Part shown: positions 13,735 through 27,458 of the stretch, one piece after another
Numbering within the stretch: position 1 is the first letter of the stretch
How the letters are laid out: each line of letters starts with the position of its first letter
From: Trichoplax sp. H2
Taxonomy: Eukaryota
Assembly: GCA_003344405.1 (NCBI GenBank)
Contig: NOWV01000002.1
Span: 806,001-870,000 of the forward strand
Direction: 5' to 3'
Length of the DNA stretch: 64,000 nucleotides
Notes under the pieces: model-generated
What the model saw: the letters and a program-made list of their open reading frames with translations, nothing else
The model's database searches: none
Told to the model about the DNA's origin: nothing
Position numbers and translations under genes: made by a program

Positions 13735-16700
13735 TTATAATTCATCTTTTTTATTATCCTGTGGTTGTTGGTCATCTTTTCTATTGCTTTCAGGTTGTTC
13801 ATCATCTTCGTCATCTTCCTCGTCATCTTCGTCTCCTCCTTCGTCATCATTGTCTACTTCTTTAGAGTTTCCTGTTATTGCCTCTTTTTTCTCTTTGGTT
13901 AAAGGTCCAATGTTGGTGCCATCGATAATTAGCCCTTCATCATCACCGAACCATGCGATATTTCTTCTCGGATTATAGACATCATTCTTTTCTAGATATT
14001 CTCTAATATCTACAGCGGATTCGACGTTGAAGTCTTTCTTTAAATTATCTCTTTTTTCTAACGTCAAGAAATCGAGAGCTTCCTGCTTTGGTAACCAGTC
14101 GCGATCGGCTAAATGAACACCTCCCATTTGAATAATATCTTTCATATTAGCATGCAGAGTTTTATTAATCCATTTCTCAATATTGCTTATTTCTGGAGAT
14201 TCTTCCTTATCAATAAATGTGTTAGCAATACCCTTTCTTCTATCGACATAAATGCATCTTGGAACAGCATCGGTGTTGCCACGGGTATAGTAGTAAATAA
14301 TGGATTGCGTCACAACATCATCTCTGTCATAACAGGCAATTATTGCAAAAAGTTTCAATTAAAGTGCCTCAATAATTCGTAATACATTTAATTTAATTAC
14401 TATATTTTCTTACATTCTATACAAATATGAAAGGTTCACGATATCATATGATTTCATCGATTCATGAAATCATACGAACCTACAATACTAACTATGATCT
14501 ACCTTTACATTTGCATACTTTATATAATAACATTAGTCAATTATCGATGAAAGAGTCTTCAAAAATACTGATTATAAGCTAGTGGAGTGACTTACAAATC
14601 CATCCATGCGACATTTATATTACTATAAATAGAACCAGAAAGGCGATTTACTATCTCCTTCTGAATTGCTTCCGCATCATGGCCATGTAGAATGAATGAT
14701 ACTAATGGTTTCTTACTTCGGAAATAGTTTATAAAATTGTGTTCACTAAATTGATCCTAGAAAGGTGTAGAGGATATCAAGATAAGAATATTAAAGTTAT
14801 TTAACGTTGAAATTATAGACAAGTTAAGAAATTGGATTATAATCATGAATGTCGTTAACATTATGAGACTAACAAATAATGGTAAGCCATTATTGTAGAT
14901 AAAAGTTTCGATTCCGTCAACGGTTAACTCTCCTTCGTAAACAATCTGTCTTTTTACTTCATTAGTTGCTTTATAGCAAATAACTGCCGGTAATTTAATA
15001 TTGAGCTTTTCCGCTAAGGCCATAGAAATGTCGGATTGGAAACTACGTCCGAATTGCATTATTCCACTAAAACGCTTCATAACTTCATCAAATTCTATTA
15101 CGTTAAGTAAGTACATGAAAGTTATGAATTAGTAGACAAATAGGTAACTTTTCAAGGCTGATTATAGACTGCAGTTGATATTATAACGATAACCAGTTAT
15201 AAATAAAATTGAAATTAGTCGCTACAGAACGAAATTGTTCATACTAGAAATGAAATATGGATTGAATTGACTTCCATAAATATAATAATTATGCTTACTA
15301 AGTCTTACCCACGCTCGGTTTCTCGAACAAGCCAATAACGACAACGCCCGAAGCATTTTCAAGGAACTTTTGACCTTGCTCAACTGATGTAAATTTTCCA
15401 TTGCTCTCTTCAGTATAAATCTTAATTCCAGCAATCAAACTATCGATTGTAAATGATCCCTTATAGACCACACCGTCATTATTCTCACTATGGGCGTACA
15501 ATGTATAGCAGAATAATGATAGAATAGGTAAGATTAAATTCAACTTGATTGATTTAAAGTTTTACTATTTCTAATTTTATCTTTGATTTTTACTTTTCTT
15601 TAGTTATATCAAGTATCTTATTGATCACTTACGTATAAACTTTAACTGTTGGATACTCTGTGATACCATTAGCTTCACATGGTCGTGGATAATCAGCGCA
15701 ATTAATCTCGGCAAAGCTAAGTTTCATTCTAGTCGGGTTTTGCTCGAACTTTAATTTTATATCTTCATAGATAAATGAAAATGCACGACTTCGTATATCC
15801 CCTGCAGATGGAAATAATTTGTTCATAAATACTCTATTTACCGACAAAAATATTAATTTGACATCTAGTATAGGATTACTACAGCCTCTATTAGGTAGTT
15901 ATTAGTATAATCTCTGTACAAAGGAGATATATAGGATTCTACGTTAATGGTTGATTAAAATAACGTATTTTGTTAGATTAATAAAATAATAACGGATTAC
16001 ATAATTATAATTGTTGCCTATTATTTTTATATTGGAATCAGTATTTCTTATCTTATTTTTACACTGCCTTATTTTGTTGAGGGTGGCCCTATCTTAATTA
16101 CTAATAATATGATCGATAATCATTCTAATTAAGACAATGGATAGTGTATAATATAGGGATGCAATATCTTTGCAATAATTAATTGATCAATATCGAGAGT
16201 TGTGTAGTTAACATAGAAAAATAATTAGCTCCAGGCTGATTGATATTTAGTCCTACCACTAATGAACTATAATTCAAAAATAAAACTTATACTAGAAATA
16301 TCCATTCCTATAGACTAATGGATCAACAACGGCAATTTTCGATAGCTTAGACGAAGGCAATTTCAAAGATAAACATTTCTATATTTACAATCGCCTTTTT
16401 TGACAAATGCTAGTACCTTGCTAGATAATAAGCTTAAAAAGAGACAATACTGGTAATGAATACAAATTTTAAAAAATTGTAATAGATTTTCTTACACGTT
16501 GTATAATAATTAATAATTCGAATTCCATTTTGGTTGATAAATTCTTGAATAGTTTTATCGGTTAATGATGTTACGGAGCTTTGTCTTTTATATCGTTCAG
16601 CTTGTGGATCTTGTTCATCTGATTCGTATATACGCTTGATATCTTTAGCAATTTCATCATCAATATTGTTTATATCAGCTATAATATTAACCAAAAGCAG

Positions 16701-19700
16701 AGAAAAGATATAGCACTTAAATTATTGGTTTAGTTAATGCTAGTAACAATAGTTAACGATCCAAATTAACAGATTCCAAGGACTAATTGGTAACTTAATA
16801 GATAAGATATACGTAAGAAGAGGGGTAGGTATTCTGGTACCCCGCAATAACTTTTTATATAGAAAATTACAGTAAAATTGTATAAGATAATTTAAATAGG
16901 AATGTGCTGATATTGATTTATCTATAACGTCTTAGAGGCTTTTACTAAAAATATTTGTATACTTTATAATATTTTTTATTTACTAATATCTAATATTTAA
17001 ATAACCACACCATATAATGCTATTCGATTATAGATAGTAATAATAAAATGGTATTTATTGAATTAATAAAGTAAATTGATAGTATAATGAAGGAATTTGA
17101 TATGTGACTGTATCAATCATTTTGGATGCTAAAAATGGCTTCAATCAAAATTTTTAAGGGATAAGATATATACAGATCCGACATTTAATAACCTTTACTA
17201 TTAGATAAACGTTTTGGTGGTTCAAAATGATCGCCAGCTGTTGGTGGCAATCTAGTGAAATCGGTTAACGTTTCTTCTTCGATAAAGTCCAATATGCCTT
17301 CATATGTAAAGTCTTTTGTCTTACTAAATATGTTAACCTTGCCTTTAATGCTAACAAATCGCAAATTTGTTTCCTAATAGTATCAATAGAATGAAATAGT
17401 TAATACTGCATCAAATTATTTTATGATTAATTAACTTTGATGATAGGCTGAAAATTCTAAAAGCTCAATATCAATAAGAAATATACATTATTACCATGCT
17501 TTCGCAATTAATAATATCAGTAGTGTAGGATCGATCCATTTTTCAATCATACTTAGCTTATTTGCAATGTCAATAAGTGAAAAAGTAATTTATTTTGATT
17601 TCTAATTCCATCAATGTACTGTATAGTAGTAGTGTAGATAGGATTAATCTTAAATCTTCTTCAGCTTGTGGTATCCAAACAAAGAAATTTAATAATTCAA
17701 TACCTATTGAGCAGTTCTACATTGATAGCTGATTATATCGATGTAGAAGAGTAACTAGAGTCAATCTTTGATCATGCTGATCTTATGAAATTAAATGAAT
17801 AATTTTAGCAAATTATTATCAAATATTTAATAGATATTCTTTCCATGATTTCTGATAATATCAGCATAACATTTGTAATATCAGTTTGATATCTCTATTT
17901 AAAATTTAATACTCTATCGACAGTCTTTATTCGATGTTCATTTCTAATTAAAATAGCTCATTCAGACGATACATACTTGTGGCACGTCTTTATCAGAGGA
18001 ATACAAATAAGTAACTACGTCAAATTCCGGATGGGTAATAAAACTCCTCTTAACTCTTCCTAATACAATTTCCCAGTAATCGCAAGATACAGGTCCAGGA
18101 CAGTAGAATATAGCGTAATTGATTTTCTTTTCTTTACCAGTGGTAATGTTATCATGTTTCTCTTTCGTGATTGATTCGACATCCATATCGGCTTTCTCAG
18201 CTAGGTGCCGTAGTAATGAATTCAGTTAGACTCATAATTAACACTGATTGCATAATTATCCATATTTCAGTTTCTCCTCTTTCAACTTAAGATTAATTGT
18301 GAAATTTAAGACTGAACTTGTTTCTAGATTGTTAGTAATAAGCCTTCTCGGCACATTACATCAGTAATTTCTACTAATTTTATAATATGTCTATCGTCTC
18401 CGATCGCTATTCGATTTCTGTTATGATAAAATATACACGCATATTTTATTGACTTAAAGGTGAATATAGATGCTATATGTACGAGTATATGCAAGTAAGG
18501 AAACTGGATTCTAGCTATGATAGCGTGGACAATTATCACATACAAGCTATGGGTTTCAGTACTTGTGCCTCTATTTTAAGATCAATATTTTTCTTTGTTA
18601 CCGTACTCTCTCGAGTTATGAACAGAACTGTAGTAAGGTTTAAGATTAAGTAATATATAATTCAACTGGACTATTCTTTTAGTAAATGTACGGGGCTTGA
18701 AGTACTTTAGCAGTAATTTCGATATAGATCGAGATATGCTAGATCATATCAATTTAAGAAAACTGAAATATTAACATTTGATTATACTGTACAATACTTA
18801 CTTTTAACGCCTACACCAACGCGTTTCCAGTATTCGTCTACGAAATATTTCAAGTTGCGTGCAGTATAATTTCCTAACATTTTATGCGTATCCTATTATA
18901 TAATAAATGAAACAGAAGGAATTGTCTTATTAATGTATGGATAGCGATTCATAAATGATAGAAACGACAAATATTTATTAAAATTTTGAATACTATTTGA
19001 TATTACTAATATAGATAAACTACTTGACTAACGTATGTGGCAATTTGATATTAACAATTGATGCATAGAGCAAAGCACCAGTATCAATCTGACTAGAAAC
19101 TTATATTTATCATAGTAGTTAAAGACCAAGAAGGAATAGGTGGAATAGAAGGTAAGATTACCCTGTCTGCACCAGCTCTTTGAGCATAGACTGCTGGAAA
19201 TTCTTTAATTTTATACCATTTAACTGGCAAATCAGCTTTTTCATCTAAATTGGACATATTAGCTATAAGAAATCCGATTTTTCCTGAATATTCACTTCCA
19301 AAATCTTGGACATCCTGTACGATTCGTTCATATTGATGACTTTCAGCGAATATGAAAATTTTATTGACATCGTTTTGATTATAGGTAGTTAAATTGTCTT
19401 GATGGATTAATTCCGTCTAAGAATAATAAAATAGCACATAGATAGTTGTTAAATGGCGTAGAAAAAAAGAAAAGAGAAAAACTTTCAATACTTATGCAGC
19501 AGAGGCAAAATCATTTATAGACTAATCCTATCCTACTTAGATAAATCTAGTATGACTTTTGTTATTGTCAACTTACATATATCGGTAATTTATTCCTTTG
19601 CATGAATAAAAATAATTCGTGGCTTGAAAAATATTCACTATGGTAAGTGTGTGGACATGATTGATTTGTCCGATGTAGTGTATCATTGCAATGGTAGATC

Positions 19701-22700
19701 TTGTATACATAATCCAAAGGCATTACCGGGCTATAAATGAAAAATAAGTTTGTACAATATTGGTTGTTTAATGAGTTCAAGACTTTATTTCCTTCTTATT
19801 GCATTGAAATCAAATCAAAGTAAAGCAATCTACTCTTAGAGCCATACTCTAGTTGTCGATGTATTAAGGTGATGTTCGTGATGATTACAAATTTATAGCT
19901 CTCCTTGAAAGTAGGGAAGCTTTCAAAGAACATCCGATGAGCTAGATATGGGATATAATATAGGAAAAGGATCGAAAATGATATTCTACACGATAAATTT
20001 TAGTAGAATTGAAGCATCTACTAGGCAAGATTAAGTTGAAGTATTCTATTTTATAATGTAAATATTATTTTTAAGTAGAAAAGGTCATCGTTAATACGTA
20101 AATACGAGCACTATTAAATATTAAAAACTACGCTAACGGTAATCATTTACGAAATTTGTTTCATTTCATTTGGACAACATTTGTTTGGATATCTCATGAA
20201 TAGTAAAATAACAAGTAATCTTTATACCAGCATGGACTTCTAGATACTTTGAGTATCTGGAAGTCTATGATACCGGTAAGATCATTGTAATGTCCTGCTT
20301 CGTTTTTATAAATAATTTATTTTCCATATCTATTTCTATCAGATACCTCATTATAAATGAATTAGCCAATCTACTTACCTCGAGTGTAGAATTTACTAAA
20401 ATAGCCAATAAAAATATCCATATTCGCTTCAATGTTATCCAATATTAATTTTTTTAGCTCTTCCTGATTGCTAATTTTAGCCACAACTTGATCATAGTAG
20501 ATGCTATTTGGATTAGCAAAAGTATAAGTGTTAATGTTCTATTAGTTGTAAGAACATGGCTAATATATAATAATGCTAAGATTAGTATAATACTCTCGTA
20601 AGAAGTTGACAAATTTCCATGAATTTTTTGTGTAAATTTTATCCTAATCGACATACTGTAGTAATCGAGCGACAATAGCATCCGTGTCTTGTAATTCTCT
20701 CAATGGAATGGAACTAAAATGTTTTCCACGCCTGTTTATAACCAATGTAATAATAGGTTAAATAAATGATTAGAAAGTTATCTTGTAGTTTAAATGATTC
20801 CTTTGCTACGTTGTTTATGTATGAAAACGCATAAAAAACAGTTAGCGATATGAACCTTTTTAGTAATTTATAATTAGAAGTCATCATCTACCATGGTAGT
20901 ATGTGGTAGTGGTTAAAAAATTTATTGCATTATATATATAGTATTAAAGTTTGCTAGATTTATAAGTAAATTATAATTTTCATTTAGTTACTGTCGCTGG
21001 AGAAATCATTAAAAGTAATGTTAACAAGTTTGATCATGGAGAACTAATCTATCATAAGTAATGCCTTGCCTCGCTATCGACAAACCTGAAAATCTGTAGC
21101 TTTGGTTTAGTGTTGCAAAATTCTTCTTGGTAGTCTTTAAAGCAATCAATCTAAAGTAAAGATGAAGTTACAAAATTATGGCTTAGTCATGGTAGATATT
21201 GCAGGATTAAAACAAGCGATAAAGCTAAATCTATGTAAGGCAGAATCCAAACCAAATGAGCACTACACTTCAGGAAGCGAATAGCACAGAAAGAAAGTTA
21301 CAATCGTCCTGTTTAAATTACATGGTCAATAACCCCTATCAAATAGGATAGCTAAGAGTCTTAAGATACAATAGCACCTGTATGCGGAAAGATATACTCT
21401 TTTATAACTTGTTATACTTTTATAGAATTAGATAATTCCAATTTATTCAGTCAATAACTCCGTTTAAGCTATGTTGGTAATCTTCAAACATAAAGGAAGT
21501 GAAGAGTCGGTTTTATTACTCAAGTAGTCATTTCTACGTTTCAGCAAGCGGATAACACAGAAATAAAGTTACTACTGTACTGTTTAAATTATATGAATAT
21601 TGACTTTTATCAAATACGGTAGGATAGCTATGAGTCTTAAGATACTAACGCAAAAGAATAAAATTATATGTAACTTATTCTTTACGGTAGGAGTTGCCAT
21701 TTAATCGGTAGATATTAGTTCAAAAAGTAAAGGAAAACTAGTCATCTCTCCATTCAATGAAAAATCCTTCTCATTATCAAGTCGATAGGCCATTTGAATA
21801 ACTTGTTGCTGGCCATTGATTTTTATACAGGCGCATTCTGAGTAGGGGAAATAAACCCATTTCTTAACAAGCTTAACAATGTCCATCCAGAATGCGATGC
21901 CATTGATTCAGGGAAATTAAAGCACCTTGTCTTTTATAATAGTTGGTTTGTAAAAGTGATTAAGGCTTTTTTTTATGTGGTCGCCTTTTCTATACATTGA
22001 ATGGGAGAAACAATGTTGCAGTACTGTTGTAGATAGAGCCGCCTTGTCTATAGTATTATAAAGAGACACTGCTTTAAAATGGAATAGTTTACACTAAAAA
22101 TTACCATTTGATCTCAACAATGGCGTTGACTAGCCAACACCAGTTGAAAACATCTTCCGCCATGGTTGAAAACATAACATCGCGAACGATAAATAATAGT
22201 TCGATAAGTAGTAGCGGCAATAGGAGAAAAAAAATATATTAGACCAGAGTTCATTTTATCTAATGCGGATATGAACTAAGGTTGTTTTCTGTACGTCTAA
22301 GAAATAGAAGTTAGGACAGGGTGAAAATGGAGTGAATAGGTTGAAAGTACATAATGATCAATGGACATTAACTTAGAAATATATTAATCGCGCATTTTCT
22401 CATCTAGTTTAATTAATTGAAAAAGGCGGAAGGAAATGTAATGAAAGGTCGCCGATCTTAAAATGTTTCCGAGAGCAGCTACTATCGGCAATAATATTTT
22501 CCTATTATTAGAATAGTGCGCGTTGTAAAGTAGAAGTGCAGTGAAATGAAGAAAGTCTGGCCTAGAGTTAGAATGATTCATTGCAAAGAACGGCTATCAT
22601 TCGTCATCGTTCGGCTATGGCTTCTATGAATAAAATTGACGATAATCTGAATTTCTTATCGATTTAACTAATATTGTAACACTGTAGAAGTAGAGAAATA

Positions 22701-24682
22701 TCTTATTCAAAATCATCAAAGAACTTTAAATGAGATGAATATTTAGTAGTATACATATCTGGGTAGAGCAGACAAATTTATGATAGTCTTCGATTATATA
22801 GTCATGGACATTTAGATTACATCCTCCTGTCATAAACGAATTAAGATATATTAACCTGGACTTGTTACTATCCGTTTATTTACTAGGGCATGTTCATAGA
22901 TAGTCTTTGATTTTACTGCAATGGATGTTTTGCTAATCTACATACTTATATGGCCGGTAATCGAAGATATACTGTGTTGAAAATGATTGTCTTACAATAA
23001 TTTTTTTCCGTATCCTCTCGGATCAACTGACTTTAAAATGAACTATTTATGTATTAAGAGTAAAAATCCGGTTGTCATCCTTGACTTATATTTTCCTCTT
23101 GTTTTGTAATGATAGAGTTAATCATTCAACTCTAACTAGGCTTAAATCGACGCTACTCTACACATTAAATCTTATCCGCAGAGGATGCCATTCTTAACAC
23201 ATTATTGATAGCGCAAGCAACGGCTAGACCAACCAAGAAAACATTAAAGATTCGTATCAACGACATCCTATAGACCATAGGGAAACCATCGACAATTACT
23301 ATTTTACTCTTTTTCTTTTAGTGTTTGGTACACACGTATGATTACCTATCAAATAATACAAACTCTCAAGCAATAGCATACTGTTTGTTTATTATCTTGG
23401 GGAGAAAACTATTTATGTACTTATTTCCCTGTAGAATAGCCAATTAATGAACTTTACCGTGAGTTAAGAACGTATTTCTGTTAAGTCACAATTAAAATCT
23501 TACCACTTCTCAAACGGGTATAGAGACATGCCTAACTTACTAATCTTTATGTATAACATATATAATTAGTAAACTCTTTCCTACAATTCATGCTAGCGAT
23601 CTATAGCACAAAGGTTACGACCTATCTTTGTAAAATAGCATTTCTGAGATTGAACAACTTCTGATAATAATTATTTGTCTACGCGTAAACTTATTTCATA
23701 GTAAAATAGAAACACTCCTCAAACGATGATATCAGATTACGAGGTGTAAAATTCCAAGGCATAGTTTTCAAGGTTAGAGTCAACAAGATGTCCACGATGA
23801 AAGTATTAGTCTTTTGCACAGTAAAGTAGTACGAAATTAAATACCTTAACACCAACTACCACAAATTCTTTACGGATTATTTGTCAATCATATCGACTGG
23901 TAGTACTTAGCAAACAGAAAGACCTTGTACTCGTACGTCTATCGGCAAACTCGAACGGTGTTGACGATGATGATGCCTAAAGATTGTACATCGCTTTCGA
24001 GAAATTATTTGATGATGAACCAAGCGTAACAAAGTTCCAACATGGAAGCGTCATAAAAAAATGATGATAAATTATATGCTTAACTCAAAGTTATATCCCT
24101 ATTAATCTACTTGGAGGCATTACCCGTAATGCCGTAGGAGATAGTCTACAGTTCTCTTACAAAATTTTATTTTTCTCTCGTTAAGGAGTGAACATATTTA
24201 TTGTACCGAAGGGTAGGAATAGTAGATGTACGGTCAACGAGAATCGATATAAAATGACTTACAATAGCGATCTTGACTTTATGATACTCTAGGGCATCTG
24301 CAACAACGCGAAAATCGGCTTCAAACTGTCGAGTGAGGGTCTGATCCATATTACCTAAGTAATCAGAACATGAAAAAAACGGAAAAAACAACTTTAGAAA
24401 ATAGAAATTTTCGTTACCTTCTACTCGTACTAATAGGAGATACTAGAGTAATATTCTATAAAATCTGCAGTTTAGTTTTTCATCTTCTTCAAACATACTT
24501 GGTACTGGTTGCTTGTAGTAAACTACAATTTGCCTGTAGATCAGAAGATCATTCTGTAACTGTTCATTGGTGATTTCGATATTAGGAAGTTCAGTAACCC
24601 AGTCCTTTCGACATTCAACATGATATTGTGTCAACGTTAAAATGGCTGCAATCAGTAAAAGATTGAACTGCTTTGCCGCCAT
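13735..24682 (-). CDS. TXNDC16: TXNDC16/ERp90-like multi-thioredoxin-fold ER protein with signal peptide, acidic tail and C-terminal KDEL
   Basis: Signal-peptide exon 24682-24499 (MAAKQFNLLLIAAILTL..). Later exons are ~24356-24262, 21150-21086 (IDCFKDYQEEFC), 20730-20657 (DAIVARLL), 20505-20380, 19941-19849 (HRMFFE..YKFVI), 19733-19576 (YHCND..CPHT), 19416-19162, ~18892-18802, 18200-17976, 17373-17193, ~16678-16496, ~15803-15635 (INCADYPRPC..EYPTVKVY), ~15490-15310, ~15095-14874, ~14756-14596 and a last exon ending ..DDEEDDEDDE..KKDEL*. The order of motifs parallels TXNDC16 as I recall it. No CxxC was seen. Confidence 0.8.
21273..21648. repeat. Diverged ~100 bp direct repeat, two copies, in TXNDC16 intron 2
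   Basis: aagcg..cacagaaa..aaagtta..ctgtttaaatta..tatcaaata..ggatagcta.gagtcttaagatac occurs at ~21273-21370 and ~21545-21648. Confidence 0.6.
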
Positions 24683-27458
24683 CTTCTTCGTTCTCTATCT
24701 CTTCTTTACTTCCTTAGACTCTCACTAATTGCTAGAAATTTTTTTCTCGAATCTTAAAATTTTGATGGATACAGCCCGAATAAATCACGCTGTAATCATC
24801 AAAAAAGAAGTGATTGATTCACGATAGACTCCTTCAATGCCTTTTAAGCAACGTTCATTCGGTATGCAAGTAGTTATTAAAACAATGATCTAACAAGTTG
24901 TTTCATTGATTTGCAAGCCTTTATCCAGTAGGAGGAGTTGAAATTATCCGTATTGTTCTAATTGACATTCATGCTTCCAAGTTTGTATATTGCATTTAAT
25001 TTCTTGCTGCCACGTAGTACGTTTAATTAGCATTACCTTTGTTATGTCTTTACAAATAGATGGAATATTGAATCAGCATCGTCAAATAATAAAGTGTTTA
25101 TAAAATATAGTTAATTCTTTCTCATCTAGTATTTACTACTTTTTCAATCTAGCCTAGTAACGCTGCTATGTAGGGTAATCAATTTAAATCTGATCGATTA
25201 AGTTAGAACATGCTTGCACTTTTGCCTATTTTCTATCGTCCATCCTTGCTTACAATTAATTATCCATGCGGTATGAGCGTATTGTCTATCATACACGCGT
25301 ATTACTCGTCTTCTAAATACTCATGGATGCGAGTATACCTTGATCATATTGTCCATATACGATAGCTTAAAGGTGTTAGAATGAACTTTTACAATTCAAA
25401 TGAAGCCTATGCTAGTTTATTAGCTTAAAAACTGATAATTATAATTAATCTCGAAAGAGCCAAATTAGGTACTGCCTATTTACTTTCATATTAGATGGTA
25501 GCTTAAAAACAAAGTGCAAACTTAAATCTATATCAAGAATCAGAACATGATAGTCAAGTGCAGGTTTAAAGACATACGTCTCTCAATTTAGTGATTTGCA
25601 GGTTAATATTCAGAGCGCAATTTGCCTTTTCGGCAAAGAGTTAAATAGTACAGCAATGATCAGGTCTATATTAGGTAATGACTTAAAATAGAGGTTGAAA
25701 CAATATCATCTACGGTTTATCGAATATCAGTAGGAGGATTAATTGAGCTACTTTAAATCTCTCTTCAGTGTATTGATTTGAAAACTGATATTCACTGTCT
25801 ATTTTATCAAAAGCGCTTAGATGTCCTCATAGTAGTCAGCTTTATGCAAGATAGCAGTTTAAAATAAGAAGTACGAATATCTATGCCGAAGAGCAAAGAT
25901 AGACCCTAGCTAAAATAACTTATTTCATGTTCTTTTTAGTAGATTGGTTTGAAATCTGATACGACTATTTAGTACATTATTTGCTTCACCGAATAGGTCT
26001 AAAACTGACATCAATTAATCAGTTTAACGTATACTAAGTAGTAGTTTGAAATAAGCTCAATCTCAATACTAACATCAAGTACAATGTTACAAGATATTTC
26101 ACGCCATAATAGTTCTCTTTATATCTTATTCTTACTATCTTTAATCTGATATTTGATATTCAGTATTTACTTCATTAGTAAGAATTTAATTGGTTCTTAA
26201 TATTCAATGTTTTGCATACCATCAGCTTAGAGCTAGGCCAATGCGTTAAAATAAATACTAGATAGTTCAATCGGATGTAATCAACTCGTTAATTATTACA
26301 GTACGAGTGTATACAGGTATACATTTGATCAGCGTTAGCGTGGTTATTGGCTGAGTCGTTTCACTATGACAAGCATAGGAATTATCCTGTTTCAATTGCC
26401 CTAGGATTAATATCGATACAGCATATAGACTAACATAATATATGTAACTTGGAAACTAAGTGTTGACATAACCTAAGATGCGTAGCTAATAAATAATATA
26501 TGTATTTGTACAGTAATAATATCCATATCCTCCTCCTACTATTATTCACTAAATATTAAAGGGCTTACCTCTGACTAGTTGCCTTTGAAAATCGTGCAAA
26601 AAATTAAAAATTTTTTATAGCCACTTGATATCTCGTGCTGATAGGTTGAAATTTTAACTATATGCCTACTTGAATGAATCTTTTGAAATTTTAATCAACT
26701 TCATTTAGCATACAGGCTTAAGGCAACATCGCTACGCTAAATTATATAATAAACAGTTTAAACAAAGCCAATTCGTTTAATGAATTTATACCAAAGGCTG
26801 AATCTGACCAATGGCATTTGATTCGTAAAAAATAAACAAGTGAACTACAAAATAATTGTAAAAAAATGACAACAGGTAGCTAAGATTTTCGTATAGACAT
26901 AAAAATCAACTCTTTTTGCATGAAAGAGATTACAATAAATGATATATTTTAGCGTAAATTTGTACAATATCATTATAAATACTCAATCGGTCTTTATTAA
27001 TAGCTGAAATATTTAATATAAATATTTTGGGTAGTTAGATATAACATCAACTCAATGGAGAGTACAAGGTACGGTATGATATAGTAAACTATAAAATCTT
27101 TAAATTCAACATAGTGATACCAATTTACCTTATATTTCTCATAAGAATAACGTTATATCAAACTATTTATTTATTCTGATATTGCTTTTTCGCCTTGTAG
27201 AAGCAAGATTTCGAATATTTCATAAAATTTTCATTTTCAATTACAGTATTAAAAAACGCATGTATAGTAGAATGAAAAATATTATACGACCTTAGGAATA
27301 ATGAACAGTTTCTCATAGCTTCTAATTATGAATTCCCATTAATTAAAATCTTAATATATCGCAGAGTATCAGAAATAATTACAATATTTATCATGAAATA
27401 AGTACGATATTAAGTAGTTTACAACATTCTCAATAGATCTCTAACGTTCGTCATCTAT

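Noticed and set aside
13784..14382. Plus-strand ORFs (poly-Ser and 89 aa)
   Set aside because: They are antisense shadows of the acidic last exon of TXNDC16.
20380..20432. Signal-peptide-like frame starting with TTG (LKRIWIFLLAILV), suggesting a separate gene or a non-AUG start
   Set aside because: Another frame (EELKKLILDNIEANMDIFIGYFSK) splices in phase as an internal TXNDC16 exon.
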